Shown: in pieces, positions 9,901-19,761 of the stretch
Layout of the letters: each line of letters opens with the position of its first letter
How positions within the stretch are numbered: position 1 is the stretch's first letter
Assembly (NCBI GenBank): GCA_964390045.1
Contig: CAYMGP010000009.1
Coordinates: 183-64,182 of the forward strand
Length of the DNA stretch: 64,000 nucleotides
Source: an uncultured Spirochaetaceae bacterium
GTDB lineage: Bacteria; Spirochaetota; Spirochaetia; SZUA-6; DRHE01
Direction: 5' to 3'
Position numbers and translations under genes: made by a program
Notes under the pieces: model-generated
What the model saw: the letters and a program-made list of their open reading frames with translations, nothing else
The model's database searches: none
What the model was told of the DNA's origin: nothing

Positions 9901-11166
9901 ATGGTGAATGTTCGCAGCTTTGTTCCGCTTTTTCTGTTTGTCTGTCTGGCCGGCTGCCGTACCGGCTTTCCGGATCTCGAATCAGCTGGATCCGCTCGAA
10001 GGGTGAACGACTACCCTATCGTCTTCGTTCACGGCGTGCTCGGTTTCGGCAGGGAGGAGCTGTTCGGCTACAAGTATTGGGGCGGTTTCCTCGACCTGGA
10101 AGAGGAGCTGCGGCGGGCCGGGTATCCGAGCTACACAGCCGCCGTAGGTCCGGTGTCGAGCAATTGGGACCGAGCCTGTGAGCTCTATGCCTGTATCAAG
10201 GGCGGGCGGGTGGACTACGGCAAAGCCCACTCCGAACGCTACGGTCACGAGCGCTACGGCAGGGTCTACCCTGGATTGTATCCCGGATGGGGCGAGGAGA
10301 ACCCGGCTACCGGCAACTTAAGAAAGATCCACATCATCGGACACAGCCTCGGCGGGCCCACTGGCAGGACCCTGATCCAGCTTCTCGAACAGGGTTCGAA
10401 GGAGGAGCAATCGGCGACTCCCGGCGAGGAGTTGCACCCCCTGTTTCGGGGGGGGAAATCCTGGGTGTGCAGCCTGACCACCATCTCCTCGCCGCACGAC
10501 GGAACCACTCTGATCTACAAGTACGATCTCGAGGATTCTCTGCTGAAACCCCTTTTCTCCATGATGATATCCGTCAGCCAAAGCTCCCCCGAGCTTTATT
10601 ACGATTTCAAGCTCGATCAGTGGGGCTTGAGCAGAGGAGAGCATGAGCCGTTCAGTGAATACCGTGACAGAGTGCTGGCAAGCTGTATCTGGGCTGAAAC
10701 AAAGGACACGTCATACTGGGACGGCTCACCCGACGGGGCCAAGGAGCTGAATACCTGGGTGCGGGCTCAGCCCGACGTATTCTATTTCTCGTGGGCCACG
10801 GAGGCCACCTATCGCGAGCCCTGCGACGGCACCCAGGTGCCGGAGTTGGGGCTGCTCGATGTGATGGCTCCCGTTGCCCGGTTTCTCGGCTCGTATTCGA
10901 GCACAGAGTCTGCACGGCTTGGGATCGACAGCTCCTGGTGGCGGAACGACGGCATCGTCAACACGGTTTCCATGGATGGACCGTCACTCGGATCAAGCGA
11001 TCGCATCGTCGAGTTTTCAGGGAAAGCCCGGCCGGGAGTGTGGAACTACATGGGGCTACTCGAATCTGTGGATCATGTGGACATCATCGGCATGCCCCTG
11101 GCCAGCGAGGGACTCAAACGCTGGTATCTCTCCCTCGCCGCCTCGCTCGCCTCTCTGCCCGAGTAA
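9901..11166 (+). CDS. Lipoprotein lipase, family I.5/I.6-like
   Basis: LAGC lipobox, PIVFVHG, VGPVSSNWDRACE, GHSLGG, NDGIVN and DHVDIIG motifs. Confidence 0.85.
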   Translation: MVNVRSFVPLFLFVCLAGCRTGFPDLESAGSARRVNDYPIVFVHGVLGFGREELFGYKYWGGFLDLEEELRRAGYPSYTAAVGPVSSNWDRACELYACIKGGRVDYGKAHSERYGHERYGRVYPGLYPGWGEENPATGNLRKIHIIGHSLGGPTGRTLIQLLEQGSKEEQSATPGEELHPLFRGGKSWVCSLTTISSPHDGTTLIYKYDLEDSLLKPLFSMMISVSQSSPELYYDFKLDQWGLSRGEHEPFSEYRDRVLASCIWAETKDTSYWDGSPDGAKELNTWVRAQPDVFYFSWATEATYREPCDGTQVPELGLLDVMAPVARFLGSYSSTESARLGIDSSWWRNDGIVNTVSMDGPSLGSSDRIVEFSGKARPGVWNYMGLLESVDHVDIIGMPLASEGLKRWYLSLAASLASLPE

Positions 11167-11275
11167 GCTGGCAGAGTGAAAACGGCGAAGTAGAACCGCT
11201 TTGCGCGCCTTCGCGCGCCTGCCCTAAAGAGCTGTCAGAGTAAGAACTCCGGAGTGCGAAAGTCCATCAGCCCGC

Positions 11276-11304
11276 TTGATTTCCGGGCAGGGGCGCTGTA
11301 CTGT
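11276..11304 (+). promoter_or_regulatory. Sigma70-type promoter, probably leaderless
   Basis: TTGATT-N17-TACTGT, 7 nt before the ATG at 11312. Confidence 0.5.
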
Positions 11305-11311
11305 GAAAGCC

Positions 11312-13365
11312 ATGAAAAACACAGGACGTTCGACGAATTGGATTCTGTTCGCTGCCCTGCTCGTATCCGCCGTTGCGCTCCCCGCGGTGCTTCCCGCCCA
11401 GGGACAGTGGGAAAGCCGGACGAGCAGCCAGACGCAGACAGGAGTGCTTCCCCTGTCGGAAGTGGTGTTGTTCACCAGCGGCGTAGGCTATTTTCAGCGC
11501 CAGGGCATGGTTTCAGGCGATACCACGGTGGATCTGTATTTCAAGAACAAGGATATCAACGATTTGCTCAAGAGCCTCGTAGTCCAGGATCTCGACGGCG
11601 GGCAGGTCACGGCCGTGACCTATGCCTCGAGGGATCCTCTGACCAGGACCCTGCGGAGCTACGCCATCGACCTGACCGGCAATCCCGGCCTGGCCGGGAT
11701 CCGGGCCAGGTCCGGGGGGAAGCGGTGGAGCTTGTAGCCTCCTCCGAGCGGATTACGGGCACCGTCGTAGGCGTCGAGTCCACTCCCAGCGGCGAGTTCA
11801 CAGCGGATGTGTATCTGAACCTCACCACGGAGCGAGGGATCGAAAGCGTCAACCTCGAACAGGTGCAGCAGATCCGTTTTCTAAATTCCGAGCTGGAGAG
11901 GGAGCTGCATCAGGCGTTGGCGCTGCTCGCCGCAAGCCGCAGCGCCGAAAAGAAGCGCGTCACCCTGGACTTTACAGGAAAGGGGGAGCGCAGGGTGAGG
12001 GTAGGGTACCTGCTCGAAGCACCACTGTGGAAGACCAGCTACAGACTGGTGCTGGGCGAGGGGGGCGAACACTATCTGCAGGGTTGGGCGATCGTAGAAA
12101 ATACAACAGAAGAGGATTGGCGGGATGTATCCCTGAATCTGGTCTCCGGACGTCCGATCTCCTTCATCATGGATTTGTATCAACCCCTGTACGTGCCCCG
12201 GCCCCGGGTTGAGATGGAGCTTTACTCTTCGGTTTCTCCTCAGCGCTACGACGAGGATCTGGGAATGGCGAGCGAGCCGGCGCCCGCTCCATCGGCAAAG
12301 AGTTATGCTCCCAGAGCCGAGGCGGCACCTTCCGAGAGGCTCGGTTATCGAGACGAGGAAGCCCTCGATCTGAGCAAAGGAGTACGCCCGGTCGCCCAGA
12401 CCGTCGAGGCCGGCAATTTTTTCCGTTACGTGATCGAGCATGCGGTCACGGTCCCCCGCCAGGAATCTGCCATGCTGCCTATCGTCGGCCAGACCGTCGA
12501 AGGGCGGCGGGTCTCTATTTACAATCCGAATGTCCAGGCGAAACATCCCCTGCACGGTTTGAAACTGAAGAACTCGACCCCGTTCGATCTGATGGGAGGT
12601 CCGCTCACCGTTTTCGAGGAGGGCAGCTATGCCGGGGACGCCCGGATCGACACCCTGTCGGCAGGCGCCGAACGCCTGATCAGCTTTGCCGTCGACCTGG
12701 GTACGGAGGTCGCGCTCAGCTCCCGCAGTGTTCCGGAAACCCTGCTTTCGGTGCGCATCGTCAAAGGGACGCTGATCAGCACCCTGTCCCAGCGCGCCGA
12801 ATCCACCTATAAAATCAAGAACTCCGACGACCGCTCCCGTTCGGTGTTGGTGGAGCACCCGCTGAATCCTGACTGGGATCTGGTTGCCCCTGCCAGAGCC
12901 GAGGAAACCACCCGGAGCGCCTACCGTTTCCTGGTGGAGGTCGCCCCAGGAAAGACCGAAGAGCTTCTGGTCGCTCAGGAGCGGCAGATCGACAGGACTG
13001 TGCTGCTGACCAATATCAACGACAACCAGATTACCTACTTCATCAGCGCCCGCAATGTGGACGCCCGGGTCAAACGGGCGCTCGAGGGGCTGGCCGAACG
13101 TAAGAACGCCCTGTCACAGACGGTGAGCCGGCGGCAGGAAGAGGAGCGCAAGGTCAACGCGATTCACAAGGAGCAGAGCCGGATTCGGGAGAACATGGCC
13201 CGTTTGGATAGAGATTCCGACCTGTACAAGCGCTACGTGTCGCTGCTCGACGAGCAGGAGGATCAGCTGGAGAGCTCTCTCGAGACTATCGAAGAGCTGC
13301 GGGCGCGGGAGCTGGAGCAGCGGCGGGAGCTGGACCGCTATATCCTCTCTCTCGATTTACCTTGA
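11312..13365 (+). pseudogene. Secreted DUF4139/DUF4140-type protein with a frameshift near 11702 (pseudogene or sequence error)
   Basis: The signal peptide and VLFTSGVGYF..NDLLKSL are in one frame. GQVRGEAVEL..WKTSYRL..SGRPISF continue in another frame. One added base restores GILGQVRG. Confidence 0.75.
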
Positions 13366-13380
13366 GGTGGGTGACACAAG

Positions 13381-14565
13381 CTATCCTACATGGTCGGACC
13401 ATGGGTAGATAGTTCCGGAAGCGACTGCCTCCCAGGGAAGGGTGGTGATTCCGTGGCCCAGCGACCTGACCTCTTTACCTCGAGTAATAAAGAACCCCCG
13501 GTCAAGTTTCAGGTCTTCCATACAATGTCGTAGACCCGCCGTGTCGTAGTGGCGCACGTCGATCCCTAGCTTGATCTCAACCGGCCAGATCTTTGTTCCA
13601 CTTTGGATCAGGAGATCCACTTCCGCGCCGGCCTGGGTCCTGTAAAAGAAGAATTTGGGAGCTGTGAGATGGTGCGATGCTGCGGTTATTAGTTCCTCGA
13701 TCACAAGCCCCTCAAAGGAGCCTCCCCGATTCGGCCATACCTCGAGAGCAGCTTCATTCGTCAGGCCTGCAAGACGGTGCAGCAGTCCGGAATCACGGAT
13801 ATATAGTTTCTGTCTTTTTACCAGTCGTTTGCGGATACTCGCATGGTACGGTTGCAAGCGACGGATCAGAAGGGCTCCTTCTAAGATATCCAGGTAGTTG
13901 GAGACAGCGGGTGAAGAGAGCTCCAACGATTTGGCCAGCATGGAAACGTTTAGAAGTTGCCCGTGTACATGAGACAGCATCGTCCAGAAGCGAAACAATC
14001 TGCTGGGCGCAACCCGAACACCCAGCAACGGTAATTCACGTTCGAGAAGCGTCTGAATATAGCTCTCCAGCCAGGCTGTTCTTCGTTTGTTCGAATCCAG
14101 CTCATACAACGGAGGTAAGCCGCCCTGCCACCACCTTGAGGACCAGGGGTGGCGGGAGTGCAACTCCTGTACCGTGAAGGGTGTGAGCTCGAGGACTCCA
14201 ATTCTTCCTGCCAACGTTTCCGATACTTTGTGGAGAAGAAGTGGACCTGAGGACCCGAGAAGGACAAAACGGCCGTTCTTTCTGTGCCTATCAATGATGT
14301 ACCGCAGTACAGGAAAAAGCTCGGGATAGCGTTGAGCTTCATCAATGCATACGTTATCTCCGTGTTCTGTTAAAAACAATTCGCTGTCCGAAGAGATCAG
14401 GTTGTAGTCCGCCGGCCTTTCCAGATCGAAATGCTCGAAATGAGGGAGCTCATGTGCTACGAGCGTGCTCTTACCACACTGGCGGGGCCCCCAGATCATC
14501 ACCGTCGGAAAGGTCTGCAGATATTCTTTCAAGCGAGAGCCAAGGGAACGAGGAATATAATCCAT
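13381..14565 (-). CDS. AAA+ ATP-binding protein (AAA_14 + DUF4143)
   Basis: GPRQCGKST, IDEAQ, LLGS, ETLAGR, GGLP, KLYIRDSGL and EVDL..VEIK motifs. Confidence 0.9.
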   Translation of the reverse strand: MDYIPRSLGSRLKEYLQTFPTVMIWGPRQCGKSTLVAHELPHFEHFDLERPADYNLISSDSELFLTEHGDNVCIDEAQRYPELFPVLRYIIDRHRKNGRFVLLGSSGPLLLHKVSETLAGRIGVLELTPFTVQELHSRHPWSSRWWQGGLPPLYELDSNKRRTAWLESYIQTLLERELPLLGVRVAPSRLFRFWTMLSHVHGQLLNVSMLAKSLELSSPAVSNYLDILEGALLIRRLQPYHASIRKRLVKRQKLYIRDSGLLHRLAGLTNEAALEVWPNRGGSFEGLVIEELITAASHHLTAPKFFFYRTQAGAEVDLLIQSGTKIWPVEIKLGIDVRHYDTAGLRHCMEDLKLDRGFFITRGKEVRSLGHGITTLPWEAVASGTIYPWSDHVG

Positions 14566-14606
14566 ACCTTGTAAATTAAAGGATAAGCATTAATTTTACA
14601 AGGTAT
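14564..14606. promoter_or_regulatory. 12-bp inverted repeat overlapping the start codon and promoter of the AAA gene
   Basis: ATACCTTGTAAA-N19-TTTACAAGGTAT. Confidence 0.6.
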
Positions 14607-14644
14607 TAAATCGAAACACTCGAGAAAGCTGGGTTGAAACGGAT

Positions 14645-15577
14645 TCAGTCGATGCTTTTCAAGATATTTTCGACCCTGATCACCTCTTCCTCGGATAGGG
14701 TCATAAAGCTCATTTTCATCCTGGGGCTGCTGCGTCCGTAAAAAGCGGCTCCCGCTTTGACGGCCGCATTGACTTTGCCTTGGCAGGCCCGGATGATTCC
14801 GTAGATATGGTTGATGCGCCGCTGGCAGGCCTTGACCAGATCCCAATTCCCCGCCTGGGCGGCCCGGTACATTTCCACGTAAGGCTCGATGCGTACATTC
14901 CCCAGGCCGGTAACGATGCCGTCGCAGCCGAGAAGCAGGCTCGCCGCGTCCAGATAGTCCTCGCCCTGGATCCAGACGAAATCGGCACGGCTCGCCGGAC
15001 TGCCGCTCGCCGGACTGCCGCTCGCCGGACTGCGGCTCAACAAGCCGCGGCTGAACAGGACGAAATTCCCGGAAGAATCCTTGATGCCGACAATGTTTTC
15101 GTTATCTGCCAGTTCCACTATAGTCTCTACAGTCATCGGACTGGAGGTACGGCCGGGGATGTTGTAAAGAACCAGCGGTGCCTCGGAGGCTGCGGCGACT
15201 TCCCTGTAGTGGGCGAGTATGTGCTCGTTGCGGACCGTGCCGTAAAACGGTGTTACGCTCACCAAGAAATCCGGCTTTAGGTCCGCCAGGCTCTTGATCT
15301 CTTCGATCACCATTTCTGTGGAAGGCCGGATACAGGCCAGGCAGAGAAACTGTCTTCCGTCCGCTACTTGGCTGACTGTCTGAAAAGCCTTCCTCTTTTG
15401 TTCCGTGCTCAGGTAGGCTCCCTCGGAGGTGGTACCGCCGATCATCAAGCCGTCGACCCCGGCGGCGCAGAGATAGGCTGCCTGTTTTTCCAGAAGCTGG
15501 TGATCGATCTCGCCGTTGTCATCGAGAGGCGTGATGACAGCGGGGACAACGCCCTTCAGTGTCACTGCCTTTTTCAT
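14645..15577 (-). CDS. DapA/NanA-family class I aldolase or dehydratase
   Basis: GTTSE, YNIPGR and GIKDSS (Schiff-base Lys) motifs. Confidence 0.85.
   Translation of the reverse strand: MKKAVTLKGVVPAVITPLDDNGEIDHQLLEKQAAYLCAAGVDGLMIGGTTSEGAYLSTEQKRKAFQTVSQVADGRQFLCLACIRPSTEMVIEEIKSLADLKPDFLVSVTPFYGTVRNEHILAHYREVAAASEAPLVLYNIPGRTSSPMTVETIVELADNENIVGIKDSSGNFVLFSRGLLSRSPASGSPASGSPASRADFVWIQGEDYLDAASLLLGCDGIVTGLGNVRIEPYVEMYRAAQAGNWDLVKACQRRINHIYGIIRACQGKVNAAVKAGAAFYGRSSPRMKMSFMTLSEEEVIRVENILKSID
14990..15038. repeat. 15-bp in-frame tandem repeat, 3 copies (encodes SPASG)
   Basis: GCTCGCCGGACTGCC x2 followed by GCTCGCCGGACTGCG. Confidence 0.9.
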
Positions 15578-15612
15578 TGCATACCTTCCTTGTTTTCTTT
15601 GTCCCGGCACAC

Positions 15613-16701
15613 TCAGCCGTTTTTCTCCAGCCCGGAGCAGATTTCCAGGAAATCCCTTACCCTGTCGTCCGGAGTGGAAGCGTCTACATCGGCCATGACG
15701 ATGTCGCAGGGGGCTAAATGTCTGTGTATCTTTTCCATTTCTGCCCTTATTTCTATAAGCGAGCCTTCGCGCAGGGTCACGGGAGAGTACATTATGGCCC
15801 GGCGTGTATCGGGAAACATTTCTCTGACTCTCGATAGATCGGACATGATCCCCATATCCAGATATCCCAGCTTGGGAAGCTCAGCCAGCACCTCCACGTA
15901 GGGAGTAACATCCCAGTTGCAGGTATGCACACCGAAACGCTCGAAGGCGAGGGCAATTTCCCTATCATGGGGGAAGACGAACTCGCGGTAGGCTTGCGGG
16001 GAAATCATGTTCATCACGCAATTGCTGACACTCATCTGGTCGATATAGAACCCCGAGGTCCGCTGGCGTTCCTGGACCGAGTGAGCCAGCCGGATCATCA
16101 CCTCGGTGATCACGGAGAAAAAGTGGTGCGCAAAATCCGGCCTGTCGTACAGATCGAGGAAGATCTCCTCTCCGCGCAGATTGAAGGCATTGTTCAGCAC
16201 GCCCTGCCAGTTGAGGTAGCCGTGTATCTTGCCCCACTCCTTTTCGATCAGCTCCATCTGGCGCAGTATTTCCTCCACAACGGGGCTCTGCAGGACGGAA
16301 TCCGGCTCCAGAGACTCGATCTCCCCAATCCCGAGCCGGTGCTGCGGATTCAAATCGGGCCAACGATCGGGTGCGTATTCGAGAGGCATCCCAAAAACGT
16401 GGGGAATAGGATAAGCCCCGTAGAGCCCCGAAATCGTTGCCAGGTCGTCCCTGTTCTCCAATTTCCAGTAGGGGATCGTGGGAAAGGCACGGATCAGCTC
16501 CGCCTTCATCGTTTCCAAAGCTCGGTAGCGGGTGCGGGGATCCCGGTGCCACCGTTCGCTGAAATCCACCCCGCAGCGTCGCTGGTACCAGGCCGGCACG
16601 AAGCCGAGAGAAACCCGCATGGCCGACTCTGTTCCGTCGGCCGGCTCTCTCCTGGCCGGACCGGATATGGGGATATGGTTTCTAAGCTTCAGGACAGCCA
16701 A
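15613..16701 (-). CDS. UroD/MtaA-superfamily protein
   Basis: LNNAFNLRGEE..DLYD.P, MISP..YREF..P and HTC motifs; GGAGG before the TTG at 16701. Confidence 0.7.
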   Translation of the reverse strand: MAVLKLRNHIPISGPARREPADGTESAMRVSLGFVPAWYQRRCGVDFSERWHRDPRTRYRALETMKAELIRAFPTIPYWKLENRDDLATISGLYGAYPIPHVFGMPLEYAPDRWPDLNPQHRLGIGEIESLEPDSVLQSPVVEEILRQMELIEKEWGKIHGYLNWQGVLNNAFNLRGEEIFLDLYDRPDFAHHFFSVITEVMIRLAHSVQERQRTSGFYIDQMSVSNCVMNMISPQAYREFVFPHDREIALAFERFGVHTCNWDVTPYVEVLAELPKLGYLDMGIMSDLSRVREMFPDTRRAIMYSPVTLREGSLIEIRAEMEKIHRHLAPCDIVMADVDASTPDDRVRDFLEICSGLEKNG

Positions 16702-17858
16702 TTCAGCTTTCCTCCCTCGTAAACGCCGTAGGTCTCGGCCGCCTCCCGCAGGACGGTCACATTCTCCTTTTTTGCATCCCGGGGCACCACGCAGCCGGAG
16801 CTCAAAACATAGCCGCCTGTCTTTCCGGCCTGAGCGATGCACTGCCTCGCTTCCTCTTTCACCTGCTCGACAGAGTTCCGCGCGAAGGAAACTGTGTTTA
16901 CCCCTCCCAACAGGGCGACCGCATTGCCCACACGCTCCCGCATCTGTGCGGGCGTGAATCCTCCCAGAGGATCGAGGGGTCCGATGCAGTCCAATCCGGT
17001 CTCGACCAGGTCCTCGGCCACCGGCAAACTGTTGCCGCAGATGTGGCAGTAGATGCGCACCTCAGGGTCATAGGCGTGCAGCGTGTCGCAAACCTCCTTG
17101 ATCCTGGGATAGACATACTCCCGCCAGTGCTGCGGGGAGATCACAGACATGTTTCCCGCCGAATCGTTGAGCCTGAGGACCTTCAATCCGAGGTCGATGT
17201 TGAACTTGCCCTTCTCCACGGCATAGGCTGTTCCTTTCTCCATGATTTTGTGCACCAGCGGAGGCTCCTCGATCAGGTCGAACATAGCCCGCTCCATGCC
17301 GCGCAGGCTGACCAGAAAGGACATGGTGGCCGTGTCGCAGTCGCCGATCAGAGCCAGCTCGTCCCCGTAGAGGCTCATGATTTTGCGCTGACGCTCGCCG
17401 CAGCCCAGCTGCTCGTACAGTTCTTTGCCGGGAACGGCGATGCAGGCCGCCTTTTGAAGGCTGTCGACCAGAGGATCGGCCGCCGTCCAGAAATGGTAGT
17501 AGGCCATGAAGCAGGGATCTTCGACGTCCACACTGCCGGCATCCTCGAGGCGGGTCATCAGGCCGCCCTGCATGTCGATTTCACCCAGCATCCGGCCTCG
17601 ACGATCCACCTCGAATACCCGTCCCTCCTTTTCCGCAGTCCTCCTTGCGGGGAAATGAAACTGGCGCACGGCATCGACTTGGCAAAGCATCCCCGCCTGG
17701 GCGATCACCTCGAGAGCTGCAAACGGATCCTGCACCACCTCAAGCAGATCCCTGCCTGTCAGACGGGCGCCCAGGTCGACCCAGATCTTGGGAACCGCCG
17801 GCACACGGTCCGGAATGCCGCCGTCCATAGCGGCGTACAGCCTGTCTGCCCCAGTCAC
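16689..17858 (-). CDS. MtaA/CmuA-like (UroD family) methyltransferase
   Basis: DRVPAVP, LRGME..DL...P, ISP..WRE, HICGN, GGV and SSGC (Zn-type H-x-C...C) motifs. AGGAG precedes the GTG at 17858. The upstream part of the 736-aa ORF is out-of-frame overlap with dctM. Confidence 0.8.
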   Translation of the reverse strand: MTGADRLYAAMDGGIPDRVPAVPKIWVDLGARLTGRDLLEVVQDPFAALEVIAQAGMLCQVDAVRQFHFPARRTAEKEGRVFEVDRRGRMLGEIDMQGGLMTRLEDAGSVDVEDPCFMAYYHFWTAADPLVDSLQKAACIAVPGKELYEQLGCGERQRKIMSLYGDELALIGDCDTATMSFLVSLRGMERAMFDLIEEPPLVHKIMEKGTAYAVEKGKFNIDLGLKVLRLNDSAGNMSVISPQHWREYVYPRIKEVCDTLHAYDPEVRIYCHICGNSLPVAEDLVETGLDCIGPLDPLGGFTPAQMRERVGNAVALLGGVNTVSFARNSVEQVKEEARQCIAQAGKTGGYVLSSGCVVPRDAKKENVTVLREAAETYGVYEGGKLNWLS

Positions 17859-17881
17859 CGTTGCTCCTACCGCCCAAGCAT

Positions 17882-19177
17882 CTACTGCCCCAGCATCCTG
17901 GGCATGAAAAGAACGACAGCGGGGATATAGGTGGTGAGAAACAGCACGCCGATTAAGACAATGGTCATGGGCAGGCACTCTCGGATCACATTTTTCAGGG
18001 GTGTTCCCGAAATTCCGGACACGATGAACAGCAGCACCCCGAAGGGGGGAGTGGACAACCCGATCATCATGTTGAGAACGATCACCACGCCGAAATGAAC
18101 CAGATCGATTCCCAGAGCTTCCACCAGGGGCAGCACCATGGGAATGAAAACCAGAGTGATGGCCATGGTATCGATGAACATACCCAGGATGATGAACAGG
18201 ATATTGACCACAAGCAGAAGGACATACTTGTTCTGAGTGATTCCCAAAAGAAATCCTGCAAACACGTCCGGGATATGCTCGACGGCCACGATATAGGAAA
18301 AGCTGTAGGCCGCTCCCACGATGATAGCCAGGGTCCCCGTGGTTTTGGCGGTCTCGAAGATGATGCGGAGCAGCTGCTTGAAACCCAGTACCCGGTAAAT
18401 GAAAAAGGAGATCAACAGAGCCCAGGTTCCGGCCAGGGCGCCCGCCTCGGTAGGTGTCACGATCCCCGTGTATATACCGCCCAGCAGGATCACCGGGGTC
18501 AACAGGGCGGGGAAGGCGATCACCGTGTTCTTTACGAAAATCTTGAACGGATAGCGCGCGCCCTTGGGGTAGCCGCGCCTGTTGGCGATAACGGCTATGT
18601 AGATCATCAGAGCCACAGCCATGATCACGCCCGGCACCATCCCGCCCATGAACAGCGCGCCGATCGACGCCCCGGAGAGCATGGAGTAGAAAACCATCGG
18701 GATGCTCGGCGGAAAGATAGGACCGATCGTAGCCGAGGCGGCGGTTACCCCGCAGCTGAACCCGTCGTCGTAGCCGTGCTGCCGCATGGCCTCGATCTCC
18801 ATGGTTCCCAGACCCGATGCGTCGGCCACTGCCGAACCCGTCATTCCGGAGAAGATCAACGAGGCGACTACGTTGACGTGGCCCATGCCGCCCCGCCATC
18901 TGCCCACCAGGGTATTGGCGAAGCGGAACACCATTTCCGTCACCTGCCCCGTATTCATCACCTTGGCGGCAAAGACGAACAACGGCACGGCCAGGAGAAT
19001 GAATTTTACATTCATGTTGGACAGAAACTGGTTGGCCGCCATGCCGATCCCGGCGGCCGGGCCGGGAGCCAGAGCAAAGTAGAAGATCGAGCTCATGATC
19101 ATGCCCAGGGCGATGGGTACGCGCAGTACGAAAGTGAGAACGAAACAGGTAACAAAGACCAGCAGCGGCCAGTTCAT
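17882..19177 (-). CDS. dctM: TRAP transporter large permease
   Basis: LAVPLF, FSGMTGSAVAD, PPSIP, TPTEA and TPPFG motifs. Confidence 0.95.
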   Translation of the reverse strand: MNWPLLVFVTCFVLTFVLRVPIALGMIMSSIFYFALAPGPAAGIGMAANQFLSNMNVKFILLAVPLFVFAAKVMNTGQVTEMVFRFANTLVGRWRGGMGHVNVVASLIFSGMTGSAVADASGLGTMEIEAMRQHGYDDGFSCGVTAASATIGPIFPPSIPMVFYSMLSGASIGALFMGGMVPGVIMAVALMIYIAVIANRRGYPKGARYPFKIFVKNTVIAFPALLTPVILLGGIYTGIVTPTEAGALAGTWALLISFFIYRVLGFKQLLRIIFETAKTTGTLAIIVGAAYSFSYIVAVEHIPDVFAGFLLGITQNKYVLLLVVNILFIILGMFIDTMAITLVFIPMVLPLVEALGIDLVHFGVVIVLNMMIGLSTPPFGVLLFIVSGISGTPLKNVIRECLPMTIVLIGVLFLTTYIPAVVLFMPRMLGQ

Positions 19178-19178
19178 C

Positions 19179-19682
19179 TCAGACCTCGCCTCGAATGAGT
19201 TTTCTGGAATCGACCACCAGCTCGTAGATCAACCTTCCGATCATGATCAGCAGGAAGGCGATGTAGGGCGAGAAGGCATAATTCATCGGCACCTTGAGCA
19301 CATTGGAGACCTTGAAGCTCATGAACTTCACGTAACTGTAGGAGGGAACGAGGGACACGGCAAAGGCGCTGGCCAGCAGCAGATTGCCGGCGATGCGCAT
19401 CAACAGCTGCCCCCTCGGCTTGACCAGGTCGTAGATCAGGGAGAACTTCACGTGGGACCGGTCCCGCATGGCGTAGCAGGCTCCGAAAAGTGTGGTCCAG
19501 ATGAAGGCCATCAGCGTGAACTCCAGAGGCCAGGTCAGGGGTACGATGAAGTAGCGAAACACGACCTGGATCATGAACACGATAAACATCAGAGAGAAGC
19601 TGACAGCCGGTATATAGATTTCCGTGAAATCGAGAAGGAATGCTCCGATACGCTTCAACGATTTCTTTGCCCGCTCATCCAT
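19179..19682 (-). CDS. dctQ: TRAP transporter small permease
   Basis: QVVFRY..W..E, four TM helices, position between dctP and dctM. Confidence 0.9.
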   Translation of the reverse strand: MDERAKKSLKRIGAFLLDFTEIYIPAVSFSLMFIVFMIQVVFRYFIVPLTWPLEFTLMAFIWTTLFGACYAMRDRSHVKFSLIYDLVKPRGQLLMRIAGNLLLASAFAVSLVPSYSYVKFMSFKVSNVLKVPMNYAFSPYIAFLLIMIGRLIYELVVDSRKLIRGEV

Positions 19683-19700
19683 AGACTCTCCTCGATATCA

Positions 19701-19733
19701 ACAGACCCCACCGCCCGCGGCGATGGGGCCTGT
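19701..19733 (-). terminator. Intercistronic stem-loop between dctP and dctQ (mRNA stabiliser or partial terminator)
   Basis: On the minus strand ACAGGCCCCATCGCC-gcg-GGCGGTGGGGTCTGT forms a 15-bp stem. Confidence 0.65.
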
Positions 19734-19761
19734 TTTTTCTTGAAGCTTCGATCGCTGCTCT

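Noticed and set aside
16689-18899. Apparent 736-aa fusion protein
   Set aside because: The N-terminal half is an alternative frame of dctM; the real start is the SD-led GTG at 17858.
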